Below are positions 26,604 through 38,975 of a stretch of 64,000 nt of DNA, piece by piece. The stretch's first letter is position 1. Every line of letters begins with the position of its first letter. The position numbers were made by a program, and so were the translations under genes. The notes beneath the pieces are model-generated. The model made no database searches, had not been told where the DNA came from, and saw only the letters and a program-made list of their open reading frames with translations. Source of the DNA: Marsupella aquatica (lineage: Eukaryota > Plantae > Marchantiophyta); the NCBI GenBank assembly GCA_973895155.1, contig OZ316893.1, forward strand, positions 21,126,955 through 21,190,954, in the 5' to 3' direction.

Positions 26604-26951
26604 TGTTAGGATTTACTCTTAGGTCTAGAGTTACAAATGTACCGTAGTTAAGACTAACCTTAGTCGCAGACTTGGTTAGGTTAGTCATGATGTGCACACT
26701 CTATAACCAAGCGGTGTTTGCTTGGAGAGGTGGAACTCAGGCTCATTGTTACGGAGCCAGTTGAGAGATAGGGAGAGCTTGTGCTGTGGATGCTTGGTAT
26801 GGCCGGTCGGCCTAGAGTGCAGTAAAGCTCTTGTGTGTTCCTGTGGACGTAGCCTCATGTGGAGGTGAACCACGTATCTCTCTGTGTCAACTATTGTGCG
26901 TTGGATGGTTCATGGGCTTGCTGTTGCGATCGTCGTCCGAGCATCTCAACA
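26604..26951 (+). repeat. 3' LTR
   Basis: Direct repeat of 24473-24817, preceded by the polypurine tract. Confidence 0.95.
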
Positions 26952-28911
26952 CGAGCATCTGTTCTTCAATTGCAGACCTGTCAGGGAGCGATGGAGATCT
27001 CTGCAAGACAAGCTGCAGGGGCACAACTCGATCAAAATCCCACATGGATCACTCTATGACATTGTGCAGGAGGCCATACAGAAGCAAAAGAGAAAACCTG
27101 GAATCATGGTCCTGCAGGTCACTGAGATGTGCTTCAAGAACTGGCAAGAGAGGAATGAGGCAACTTATTCCCATTTTCTGGGAAGAGTGCCTAGCTGGGT
27201 GGTGCTAAGACAAGCTGAGAAAAGCCTCTAAGCCATGCTGGATGTTAGTACCTCTGAGCGGAAAAGAAAACAACTGAGACAGACTATTACCCAGCTTCAT
27301 TTGGTTCTTGAACCATGGAAGACATTAGAGATTCCGATCGCCATGAACCTGGATGATGGAGAAGATCGATAACCAACAGGGTCAACGGAGCCGTCAGGGT
27401 AGAAACGACAACAAGGATAGGACCAATAGTGGACAGAGGAGCAGGAGTAGCGGTCCTTGGGATTGGAGGATTAGAACCAACAGGGACATAAACCCTCCTA
27501 ATCAGAATTTTAGTGAGTCTTGGATGACCAAGAAAGAGAGACATGGTAGGGAGAAGAAGTATAAGAAGTATGACGAGAGTTAGTGGTGGAATTGTCGGCT
27601 AAAGTGGCCTGATTAGTTGGGGCCGCTGGCCGTTCGCTGGGGCCTGTTTGTTTCCTTCTTGGGTGGCCTTCACCCCCTTGCGTGTTATTGACGGCTTTTG
27701 TGCCCCCTTTTCTTTAAAAAATTAAAATTAAAACAATAAAATTAAAAAAAGACATCTTGTAGCCCGAATCAACTTGAGACAACAAAATTCCAGATGAAAA
27801 TTTCTTTTTATGCAACTTAGAGTGGTGATATACTCTAGTAGCACATTAGAAAGTCACGAAAATCAAAAGAACACTTGACAAATTTAGATTATTGTCATTT
27901 CTCTGTGCACACCATCACAGTAATCATCAATATCTGATCTTGTAAATTTGATAGCTTACTTGTGCGGTCAAATACACCCGGCCATGATTTGTATATTTCT
28001 GCAAATAGAGATGTACCTATTTGTGACAGAAAATGGGGACATGGTTGCACATTTGAGAAGCACTTCATAGCAAATTATTACTTTTGCAAAGGAAGTGTCA
28101 CTTTTGAAAGCACACCCTTAGTCATTTGGCAATGAGTAACAACAGACCGTTGAATGGGTAAACTAATTGAAACAGTCTGCAGTAGTAAGACCATTTGCAA
28201 GTCATAGTTTAATCAAAATGTCAAAATGGCACCATTGGAGTCTTTTAAATTCTACAAAAGTCCACCCTAATGTTGAGCCTCACAGCCAACCAACAGAGTC
28301 ATCTGAGCTTAATTTTCTTGTCATGTCATTTAAGACAGAATAATTGTCCAATGTAAATTTTCTCTCCGACAAATACTGAAGGAAGTCCCAAAATGAACAT
28401 GGGATTTCAAGATCCCTGTGATAAATTTACTTGTGGCTGCACAAGACCTTCTATGTTGTTGGTGTTTCTTAGACACAATTTTCAATATGCTACTTGGAAA
28501 TATATGATTAATACCTCAGACTGATGCAAGAGAGGGTTTTTCATGTCAACCTAGTACTATGTAAGTAACACTCCTCAAAGGGACACATGATCTAATTTAC
28601 AATTAGTTTGTGGACCCCTGACTACTGCTGATTAGTTAGCAGCTTAGAAGAAATCTTGTTGAACATTTTGACCTCCAATCCTCTCTAATTGGACAACCCA
28701 GAAAAGTGATCCCATCACAAATTCCACTCTTCCACACAACAGCAGCAGCTCACTTGGATTCCTATGTATAGCCTACATTAGGACTGATTCTATGTAACCT
28801 CCTTTTCCTCTCCTTTTTCCATTGGCTGCCTTGCTACGCTAATGACACCAAATTGACCACTGATCAGACCACGACACTCTGATTGAATTCTATTGGATCG
28901 AGCTCTGCACC

Positions 28912-28914
<3 letters not shown>

Positions 28915-28956
<42 letters not shown>
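28915..28956. repeat. (TC)n microsatellite
   Basis: About 21 perfect TC units. Confidence 0.95.
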
Positions 28957-28961
<5 letters not shown>

Positions 28962-29405
28962 GTTTCTCAATCGGGCCACGACTCTATGCTATATTTATAT
29001 TTTGATCAATTACCCGGCTTGTTGCTTTTTTTTGTCCTAGAATCCCTTTGAGTTTGTCTCAAATCCATCCAATTTCTCTTAGCATTGACTCCCGATTGTT
29101 TCTCTCCATCACCCAATCTGGTCATGATTTTGATCAAATTTGCTGGTTTGATGGGTTAAGTAATAGCTGCTGCATGATCCTGCCTCCGGATTCTTGGAGA
29201 TTCGTGGATTTCAAAATCCACTAATGTCAATCATTGTGTTGCTTTTGGTTTCTCCCACGTCTTACTTATACAATGCTTTAATGTGTGGTGTGGAGTGTTC
29301 AATAGTGCTCTCCATCTTCCAGTCCATGACTCTAGATGCAGAGTTGGTTACGGTTGTCATAATTTTGGCAACCATTTTAATTGTTGCGATATTAAACTAT
29401 TTATA

Positions 29406-29426
29406 CCCTAAACCCTAAACCCTAAA
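29406..29426. repeat. Interstitial plant telomere motif (CCCTAAA)3
   Basis: CCCTAAACCCTAAACCCTAAA. Confidence 0.8.
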
Positions 29427-30599
29427 CTTATCTTATGTCGTTACTTAATAAGAACAAGGCAACAAAAATTATTGTCACATAAAATTACACCCTGTTTTAC
29501 AATATGGTGCCCTAAATTTTACCTAGAACTTGTCACAAACACAAAAACAACAAATTATCGGAAACAAATTTATTCTTGTTTGTGACCAGTTGTGTTGATG
29601 TGCATGACACAACCTCATGACAGGGAATTTAAGAGGGACCTCTCATGGGGTCAGTAATGATTTCAATCACAAGTAATATGTATGGATATTGCCAAGTGAG
29701 GTAAGCATCAGTTGTGATTGCAGAGTCTAATTGTGTGAAGACACCCCTCACACAATGAGGTAAGCTCCCAACCAAAATGATATAGAAAATGAATGTTCTT
29801 CCAAATTGTATCAGTTTACAATGCCCCAAAATAAAATTGTATGATGATGCAGATATAATGATTAGAAGGACTTTAAAACTCTAAGCTGCATCAAGCATAA
29901 TAGTTCTCTCTGGACTCTGTCTGGCAATTAATTCAAAGGAAATAGTTGTAAGTTTTACTAAAGCCCAAATTAATCCGTGGACCCCCATGTTCATCCAAGG
30001 AATGTGTGTTTGATGAAGTGAAATCAATTTTCAACAAGGCAGTAATCGCCCGGGTAATCGATAGTTTTGAGTCTCCCGATGGTCTTGGTGTGTGCTCGTA
30101 CAAAAGAAAAGTAACGCTCAAAAGATAGAGGAGATTTATCAACGGAAGGTTGAATATGGAGGAATTGAGTTTTTTGACGGTTTTTGCTTACACATTAGAG
30201 GAATTGTGTTTCTATCATTCATGATTGATCGTTTGTGAGTTACATTGAGCATTACCGCCACAAGATAGCCCGGAGGACAACACTTAGCTATTGGCAAAAG
30301 AGCGCTTGTCGATTCGATGGGAAGAACACACAAAACAAACAAGTCATCGCTTCACATGAAGGATTTGTAGGTTTTTTATTTAAGAAAGCTATGGTGTGCG
30401 AGGGAGACCAATGATTGTTTCTTTGACATAGAGGCTGCATTTGGTGTTAACCTGTGTTCAGAGTGAGCTTCAGTTGAAGACTAGAGGAATGCAAACAATT
30501 CAAGTCGGGAAGCAAGCATTGTGGACAAGGGATGGCGACGTAATCAAAGAAATCAATTTTCAACGGCTAAGTTTGTGACGGTGATGAGATTGTGATATC

Positions 30600-31110
30600 T
30601 CTTAATCGAGAAAAGAGTTTCCAATGAGCCTCAGATTCACAAATTTTATCAAGTTCCAAATGAGTTTTTGAATTTTTTTGCCTTTCCAATGAGTGAGTAT
30701 AAGAAATATTAATCATGAGTCCATGAATTCTTTTAGCTTTCCAACATGATTGAGTCCGACATTGACAAATTTTACGTCAGATTTTGTCACGTTACTAAAG
30801 AGATCATGAGGTTTTCAATCTCTCTAGCTTTCTAATGTGTGACATTGAGATTATTTGTCAAGAATTACAGAGATCATGAGTATCTGAATTTCTCTAGCTT
30901 TCCAATGAACCTAACATTGATAGATTTTGTCAAGTACTAAGGAGATGATGAGTTTTTAGTTTTACTTTAGTTTTCCAATGAGTGTGACATTGAGAGATTT
31001 TATCAAGACAACACTAAAGAGGTCACGAGTTTCTAAATCTTGATCTTGAGTTTTCCAATGAATCAAACATTGACAGATTTTATCAAGTACTAAGGAGATT
31101 GATTATTTAG
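30600..31110. repeat. Degenerate tandem repeat, ~60-70-bp unit, ~6 copies
   Basis: AGCTTTCCAATGA...GACATTGA.AGATTTT.TCAAG..ACTAA.GAGATCATGAG recurs through the interval. Confidence 0.75.
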
Positions 31111-32699
31111 TTTTACAATGTGAAGCCAAAGGGGTTTTAACAATGTACATTTCTATTGGTTGGTTTTTTCAAGCTTGTAAACAATTCAAAAATAGAAGCA
31201 TTTTGATATAAAACACTGATATATCTTTGACAAACATCAAAATGGTAATTTTATTTTACTAAATGACATATCTCCCTTTGTATTTTGGTTTTTTTTACAT
31301 TCAATATTTACGGCATGGCACCGCAAAACTTACATTGCTTTTGTCACAACAGGAATGTGCACGTTTGGTATTGTTAAAAGTATGATCATTCTTGTGTGGC
31401 TGGTTGTGATGATGTGGCGCAACCTCGTGGCAGGGAATTTGCAAGAGACCTCTCATGGGGGTCCGTAACAATTAGTTGACGGTTTAGACTATGTATGATT
31501 GTTTTGATCACATTCATTTGATTTGTGATTAAGTAGCTTAAATAAACCTAAGGATACTCTGTGTGCAGTACATGCTAGAATGTTGTGAAGTACACAAGAT
31601 TGCAAATTGGGAGATACCACATGGGACGCGATTAGTCTCTTCCTGCGACTGCAAAGTGATCTTTGCATTCTGAGCCATGCCCTTAACAGGACTACCTGTG
31701 TTTAAAAACATGTAGGTTACTTTGCCACTCATTTTAGTTTAATTATTATTATGTCATTACATTGCAACGCCTTTGTATTTATTTATTTTAGATTTCCACA
31801 CTTAGCCACTCATATTAATTCTAATATTGGATTTAGCTTTTTCTCCCACTCATTTTGGTTTCATTATTGTCATACCAATTCTTTTGACCACTGGTTAAGC
31901 AAAGTAACTTTGATTACCATGGAAGAGTACAGTAGGGATAATAACCATCCTCAAATTGAGAGAATTAACTTTGGTTACCTTGGCATAACCCAACAAGGAT
32001 GATACCCATACTCAAATCAACTACAGTACTTCCTCAACCAATGGGAATGGGGACTCACACCAATCTCATCGTCTTCAACCAAGAGGGGGATAGAGGCAGC
32101 CAAAGTAGGAGGAGGCTGTCTAGTTTGGGGCGGAAGGTAAGTACACCAGCCCCCAATATCAAGGGTTGGGTGTGGAGTTAAGGTATCGGAGATGGTGAGC
32201 ATTTGGTTGTTTGAAGTTAATTAAGGTTAAATAACTTTGCTAAAGTGTAAGGAAGCGGCGAAGCAATAAGTCATGTAAGAGTGGCAAAGAGTACCAAGTA
32301 CCCTCTCAGCCAATTCTCATACGAGTTTCTTTCTAATACATAAAGGTTCTTTCTAACTTATTACATTGCCACTCTTTGATTTCATACAAGTTAAGTTCCT
32401 TTTTAACTGAGATACAAGTGTGTGAGAATTGTCTCACGGACTATGGCACACACTTAGGGTCTTTGGCTCGAGAAGATTCATGACCAGAAAAATATTTTCT
32501 AGAAGTGCCAGGCATAAGACGCCTCCGTTACATATGCTTGTGGCAACTACTTCAAGGAAAACAGTTCTGGAAAATAGCACTAGTGGAAAATACCGATCTC
32601 CTGCATTGCAGTGGCAAGCAAGCAGGCAGAGCAGGCAGGCAACTAAAATGAGTGCCTCTCTTCGATGAGGGTATATGCCGTTAGCAAGATATACATGTC

Positions 32700-35250
32700 A
32701 CAACAAGAACGCCGAGCTTAGGGACTGGCTACAAAACGGGCATTGGTCTTGTTCGAGGGTAAGAAAAACCACGAAGGAATCTGGCGCGGGACAGCCAAAT
32801 AAAAAATTCACATTTCACAACACCGAGCTTAAGCATTGTTGAAAAATCGGGCGTTTGGTCTGACTTGTGAGAGGGTATATGCCGTTAGCACACTTCGCGT
32901 ACAAGGATCTCCAACAGCAGATGTGTGTAGGCGAACTGGCACGGAAATGAACGAAGAATCACACCGCGGGATAGCGAAGTCAAAGCTAGACATTTCACAG
33001 CAGGGACGCCTGAGTTAAGATACATAAGATGATGTTGATTTCTTGGGATTCCTCAGAATACAAAAGCACATAATTTCCTGAGGTACCACCATTTCACATT
33101 AGAATTTTGGGGAAACACTGGAATTCATTAACATTACGACGGGTATAAAGTAGTACCTGAACCCCAAATTCCATTCTTCCTATTCCACAATGAGTTTGGA
33201 GTTCCTATTGCAACCTCTAGCGTCATGGACGAACAAAGCGTCACAATAGATTGCTTGACACCACGGAACCCACGGTAGCATTGCACTGAGCTACGTTACA
33301 TCATTTCTGCAATACTTTACAAAGTCTCAAGGTTTCTACAAGCTATTGAATTGTCGACAACATACATCACGCAATTACTCTGGCCATCAGTAACAACGGC
33401 AATCCGTTAAGAGTGCCACAACCACCCATACAAAACACGTAAACTCCAGATCAGGTGTACATAGACAGTTGCCAAATCACTGGGAAGTATGGATGCCTGC
33501 TTCATCAATAGTAAGCCCTGAGCTGAGCACATATTCATAGATCTGTTGATCATGTGCCGTTAGTGAGAATGGCAAACCGTCAAAGCGTGCCACAGCCACT
33601 GATGTAGAATCCTACAAAACCTTCAGAACAGGTGTCCGTAGATAGTTTCCATATCCACGGGAAGTATGGATGACTGCCTCATCAATAGCAAACCCTCGGC
33701 TGAGCAGATAGACATAGTTCTAGTAATCATGTGCATAGAAGGGTCAGCTAGGGGTTTGCCATTGACGAAGAAGGCACCACACGAGGCCATACGACAACGA
33801 AGAGCAGATTCAGGGTCACTAGTGACCGAGAAATCAGCAACATAATTGACTCAGACATCCGGTAAATGCATAATACCTTTAAAGTTCCCTTTCGAGTATA
33901 GATGAGTTCCTCATCAATAGTAAACCCTCAGCTGGTGCTCGAAGACACACTGCATCATCTAAAAACAAGCGGTCAGCTAGCTAGGGGTTTGCCATTGATG
34001 AAGACGATATCATACGATGATGTCACAGGATCATCCAGTAGTCTTCCCTTGCACATGGACAGCAGTGCTGGCAGTGCGACTCCCTCGCAACAGAAACACG
34101 GGAAGAATCAAGCCAGCAGACAACGAATGAATGAGAGCCGATACCGAGTGAATGACCGTAGCCTGGAGGTCGACACCAACAACGCTAGAGGTTGAGCAAC
34201 ACAGGGATTAACTTGCAACAATCAAGCCCTTGATAGCCTCGTGGTCTCTTGGCTGGCGTGGAGGACCAGACCGACACCATCAAGCAACTCCGAAGCAAGT
34301 CAGGGATCACCAGTATAGAACTCACGGATGGAGAGGGCACAACGGTAGGACAAATGGATGGACAAAGCAGAAACTAGAAGCAAATCCATGCCGCGGACGA
34401 CCAGTAGCTCTGGTGAAAGTAAGGGATCCAAACTACATGAACAGATAACAACGAGTTCGAACAAGAGCAGATCAGATTACGAGTGAAAATGTCCTCATCC
34501 ATGGATCTCACAACAACTTGTATCGTCTCCATCATGTATCGTCTCCATCAGAGATCGCCCCGGAGGACCACTCAATTTGTCGTGGTAGTCCTTCCCACCG
34601 CAAGAGAACGGCACCAACTGCGACGAACGAAGCCATCTCCCCTTCTAGCCACGATTCAAGCATCATCCATCCCAATCACAAACCTGGCAAGCAAGCAGGC
34701 AGGCAGGCAGACAGGCAGCGGGGTCCAAAAGGTAGTCTCGACTCGATCTCGTCCAAACGATCGAGGGAGAGAGCAAAGCACATGGCTCAACTTCCTAGCC
34801 GACCAGACACGGCAGGCCGCAAGCAAGCAATCAAGCACTAAACTGGCAGACAATGAGTCGAGTGGCTCGGCACAAAACACAACGAGTCTGCAAACCCCTG
34901 TTGGCTCTCAATCCCACATTCGTCCTCGAATCCTGAATTGCTGATCAGCTGATGAGAGCAGACAACGGAGCTCCGGAGCTCTCGAGCTCTCCAGATCTGA
35001 TCAGAGTGCACACTCAAGATCCTGGATAGCACCTACTCCTGTAAATGCTGGACTACTCGCTCGCTCCCTTCCTTGTCTCCTCGCCGGAATAAGGACGGGG
35101 CAGTCGCGAACGGGGAAGGCTTCACGACCGCCTCGTCAGGGCGCCGCTGCAGGCTGCCATCGTAGGAAAGCGGGGAGACCTGGGCCCGGGAAAGGCGCCC
35201 AGGAAGCCGTATGACGGCAAATTATATGATCCGCCTTCCGACTTCATGTT
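32700..35250 (-). repeat. Dispersed repeat, copy B (paralogous to ~17800-20800)
   Basis: Same colinear blocks as copy A. The module CTCATCAATAG.AA.CCCT..GCTG occurs at about 33502, 33678 and 33910. Confidence 0.75.
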
Positions 35251-35689
35251 TCGTTCAGCAGCCCCTGCAGCGCCCTTTTCGATGGCTTCACCCGTACATG
35301 GGGGACAGCCGCTACAGCGCAGGTGCTGGTTTGTCTGGTGGTTCTCCACAGGAGTGCAATCTCGATTCGCGCGGAAAGCGAATTATTATTAAAATTAAAA
35401 CTAGCCGCGCTGCCCCCTCCTAAATAGATGGCGAGTTTTAAGGTTTTTTCTCCACTTTAAAAGCGTCCCGAATCCAATGGGGTTTTATTCGATTGTACAT
35501 TAAGTACCCAGTCTAATAGCATTTACTTTGTTTGATGGTACATTAAAAATAAATAGCCAGTGTAATAGCATTCCATTTTAGTTCACTCTAAGTAATGATC
35601 ATGGCCAATTGAACAGTTGCCTCAACCCAGGGAAATAGGCAAAACCAACCCTTTGGTTCATTACCAGGTTTGACCTGGCAAAACTACAA

Positions 35690-35960
35690 CCTGGCACCTG
35701 GGTTCGGGAGCAGTTCGGGTCGGGTTCGGGAGCAGTTCGGGTCGGGTTCGGGCCGGGTCTGGGCCAAGTTTGGGAGAGGTCCGGGCCAGGGTCGGGGGGG
35801 GAGCTGGTCCGGGGCGGGGCGGTCCCGGGGAGTTTGGGGGAGCCGGTCCGGGTGGGGGGGGAGCCGGGTTCGAGGGAGCCGGTTCCAGAGAGGTCCAGGA
35901 AGTGTCCGGGAGAGTCCGGGAATTGTCCGGGCCGGGGGTCCAGGGGGAGTTCGGGAGAAT
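35690..35960 (+). other. G-rich low-complexity tract with G-quadruplex potential
   Basis: Dense GGG/GGGG runs with short TC-containing loops, such as GGGTTCGGGAGCAGTTCGGGTCGGG repeated. Confidence 0.7.
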
Positions 35961-36854
35961 CTCGGCGAATATGCGTCAAACTTCCGGTTTTAGGGCCGTC
36001 ATTTGACGGTTTTACATGCCCGGCAAGGCGTCAAATTGCCCGTCAGGTTAAACCGGGGTCCATTAGAGTTTACGTGTGTAACATCAATGCAGAGCTTTTA
36101 TAGTTTTCCTTTCAGAGAAAAGGATAAATTTAATAAAACCAGTCTGAATGCCCAAACTTTGTTTCTATATATATGGTGAGTACCAATCAGCTCTATTTAC
36201 TTTTTTCATTTGTGTGAATAGGAATATTCTAGGAATGTTTCTCACTTAATTCCTTAGGTTAATTTCAAGAGTGTCAAATCTCCCTAGATTTAGAGATATA
36301 GTCATATTTTCGCTAGTGGGGACTCTGGCTAGGTGGGAAACTGGCTAATGAAAGACAAAGAACCTAGCTATTATTTGCCGAAAGCGGTGAAGACTTTTTA
36401 GAGATGTGGAATCTAGCAAATTTGGCGACTAGTGCGGTACCAATGATGTTCGTTTCCAAGTCCGCCACTGGCTATACTTGTGCCCGAGAGTCTTGGTCTA
36501 GATACTCCACTCTAGACAGTAGGCCCTTATCTTAGCTTTCTATCCCATTTTTATTAGATAGATTTTGGTTGGGACTAACAAGAAATTTGGATTCCTTGTG
36601 AGGCCTAAAGAATACTAGCATCTAAAAATCAGGCATATCCTGTTGTAAACAATGATTTTTCAGTGCGTGCATTGTTGATACAAATAAAAATTGAAAATGG
36701 GACAATTATGATCTGGGCTTGCTTTTTTCTTAAAATAAAAATTAATTAATTAATCCCCTGTGCAACGAGGGATGGCACATATCATAGTGACTAACATTTC
36801 GTGAGGGCCCATTTTGGGCACTAGAACTAATCCTGCTCATTCATGTCTTGAATC

Positions 36855-37385
36855 ATGCATCTCACTTATAAAGCACCAACTACAAGCTAGAGTTGGGGCA
36901 TAATCTTCCAGAGTGAAGCAGGCCTCTAGACAGTAACTCCATGGGCCACCATGTGGATGGAAAAGCTAATGGCTATGATATATGTCAAATGATAATCATG
37001 CATGCTTTATGTCATGATTCTTATTTACATTCAAAAAAATAGGCTTTATGTCCCACATAACATTGTGCATAGAAAGGAGAATGGTATGGTATGTATGATT
37101 ATTAAAATTATATGCATCTTATTTATAAAGCTTCAACTACAAGCTAGACTTGGGGCCTAGGCTTCTAGAGTGAAACCTCTCGACCATAACTCCATGGTTC
37201 AACATGTGGATGAGAAAACTCATGACTATGATAAATGTCAAATGATAATCATGCTTGCCTTTTGTCATTATTTATATTAAAAAATGAACTCTACCGCCCC
37301 ACCACAACATATTGTATAGAAAGAGGAATATGCATATAAAATAATATGTGATGTTATGTGTGGTTATTAAAATGATTACATGCAT
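36855..37385. repeat. Diverged tandem duplication, ~257-bp unit, 2 copies
   Basis: ATGCATCT...TTATAAAGC..CAACTACAAGCTAGA.TTGGGGC...AATGTCAAATGATAATCATGC at about 36855 and 37112. Confidence 0.8.
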
Positions 37386-38975
37386 TATTATTTCTTTTAT
37401 CATTTCATTAATCTTAAAAAATGTGAATAAATAATATATTGTATTCACATTTTTATTTTGCTCCCTGCTATTCACATTCAAAGAACCGGTAGTGGAGGCT
37501 AGTGAAGATTAACTTTCAAAGAATATGAATAGGGAATATACTTTGGTGACACTTGTATTGTATTCTCAGCTATTGATGTTCAAGGGATGGGTAGTTGAGA
37601 AGAATATCTTACTCTATTTCCCATAGAATGAAAATTCAAGGAGAGAAGTACATATTCCCCATACATTGACCTTTACTTGTGGGTTCAAATAAATATATCA
37701 AAAGGCAAAAGAACAAAGGGCGTCCAAACACGAGACAGTATCCCATTGGAAAAAGAACCAATCAAGGGGAGGCACCAAAAAACCCTAAGAGCCAGAACAA
37801 ATGAAAGCTAATTGCATGAGCATAGTGAAACAACAACATTGATACTCCCTAGAGTATGTTTTGACAAGATTATGGCACTCGTTGCAAAGATCCTCGACAG
37901 TGCATCAAACAACATGGAGAACTCGAACAAGTAGTTGAATTCATGAAAGATCCAAACACAAAACATTCACGTGGACAGTGGGAAAGCCAAGGGACAATGA
38001 GAAGGATGGGCAGCAATTTCCAAGGCAATTTCAAATTGAAAGTACCTAGGGCATTGGGATCCCAATTTGTATAATAAATAAATAAATATTGAAAACAGGG
38101 CTCTGATTAACAAAATATATATGCATCCTAGAGTAAACAAAAAATGAAAATAGGAGAGGAATATTTTGATCTTGCATTAAATTCTTAATATAAAGTAGCT
38201 CAATACCTGTGCAGTGCACAAAAATGTTGTGACGCAAAAGATGTCAGTCGTAGAAGATGTCATTTGCTCAAAAGATGTTGTGGCGTAAAAGATATTCCTT
38301 GCGGAGAAGACAATTTTGCGCAAAATAGATTCTGTAAAGATGCCATTGTGTAAAAGATGTTTGCAAAGAAAATGTAATTGCACAAAGATGATAATGTGTA
38401 AACTAAGTCATCCTTGTCCCATCCATGCACACCAGTCAAATTAGAACTTGACTCTGTTATTTTCCAGACCCCCATGACAAGTCTTTTGCAAAATTCCTAG
38501 TATGTGGTTGTCATGTCAGTGCTTTCTACCACAAACACAAAGAAAATGTTTGGAGTGGCAAACAAATACAACCATAATTTATGTTTGTCACCACAGCAAC
38601 AAAAATGGTTAGGCCCAGGCTAGTAAAAACCTAAGAGATCTAAAATGAACATGCCAAAAAACAAAGAGTTGAGGCAAAAAGATAAACAATTGTGATCATT
38701 TATTTAATTTTTGAATTGTAGTAAATAATTTCTATTAAATTTTAATTGTTTTACTTAAGAAATACAGCTTTTAACTACAATGCCACTAAAGTTGTCCAAA
38801 ATTGCAATACTGCCACACTTTTTTTCGTATTTGTAAAACTGCCACAGTTTCACTGTGCACATACAGTACAACAGACAAGCTTAACCATGGGTTAGGTTCT
38901 GTCCAGTATGGGACATTCCATCGACTCTGTCCCTCTCGCTATCCATCACTTGGAAGTGTCTACAAACCCTAACCC

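Larger units (their letters stand above)
24473..26951 (+). mobile_element. Non-autonomous Ty1/Copia LTR retrotransposon (2.5 kb)
   Basis: LTRs 24473-24817 and 26604-26951 (TG...CA; about 11 substitutions by eye plus a divergent last ~15 nt). 5-bp TSD CGAGC at 24468-24472 and 26952-26956. PBS TGGTATCAGAGC (tRNA-iMet) at 24820; PPT AAGGGGGAGA just before the 3' LTR. Confidence 0.97.
23542..27750 (+). mobile_element. 5'-truncated L1-type LINE (ORF2 C-terminal region and 3' UTR) with a 5' inversion, interrupted by an LTR element
   Basis: 16-bp TSD AGACATCTTGTAGCCC at 23526-23541 and 27750-27765; A-rich tail at ~27715-27750. ORF2 motifs: KKALIAWKVITGSKGDGGLG (minus strand, inverted part), FRFFLWRLLNHGLFT, and zf-RVT CDRC...ETTE|HLFFNC, which is split by the LTR insertion. 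Confidence 0.9.

Noticed and set aside
22900-28600. Sequence flanking the LINE as a relic of another DDE transposase (minus-strand fragments such as FKSDTSFAK and QPCPH)
   Set aside because: Too many stops and frameshifts to assign by eye; needs BLASTx.
29979-31464. 11-bp inverted repeat GGACCCCCATG/CATGGGGGTCC as the TIR pair of one element
   Set aside because: The match does not extend and there is no TSD; it may be coincidental.
35599-36103. Gly/Pro-rich ORFs as extensin- or collagen-like proteins
   Set aside because: Four frames are open simply because the tract is G/C-only low complexity. No ATG start or signal peptide.
37600-37900. Copia RT remnant (PLEKEPI..., DKIMALVAK)
   Set aside because: Only faint motif resemblance and no LTRs; not strong enough to list as a feature.
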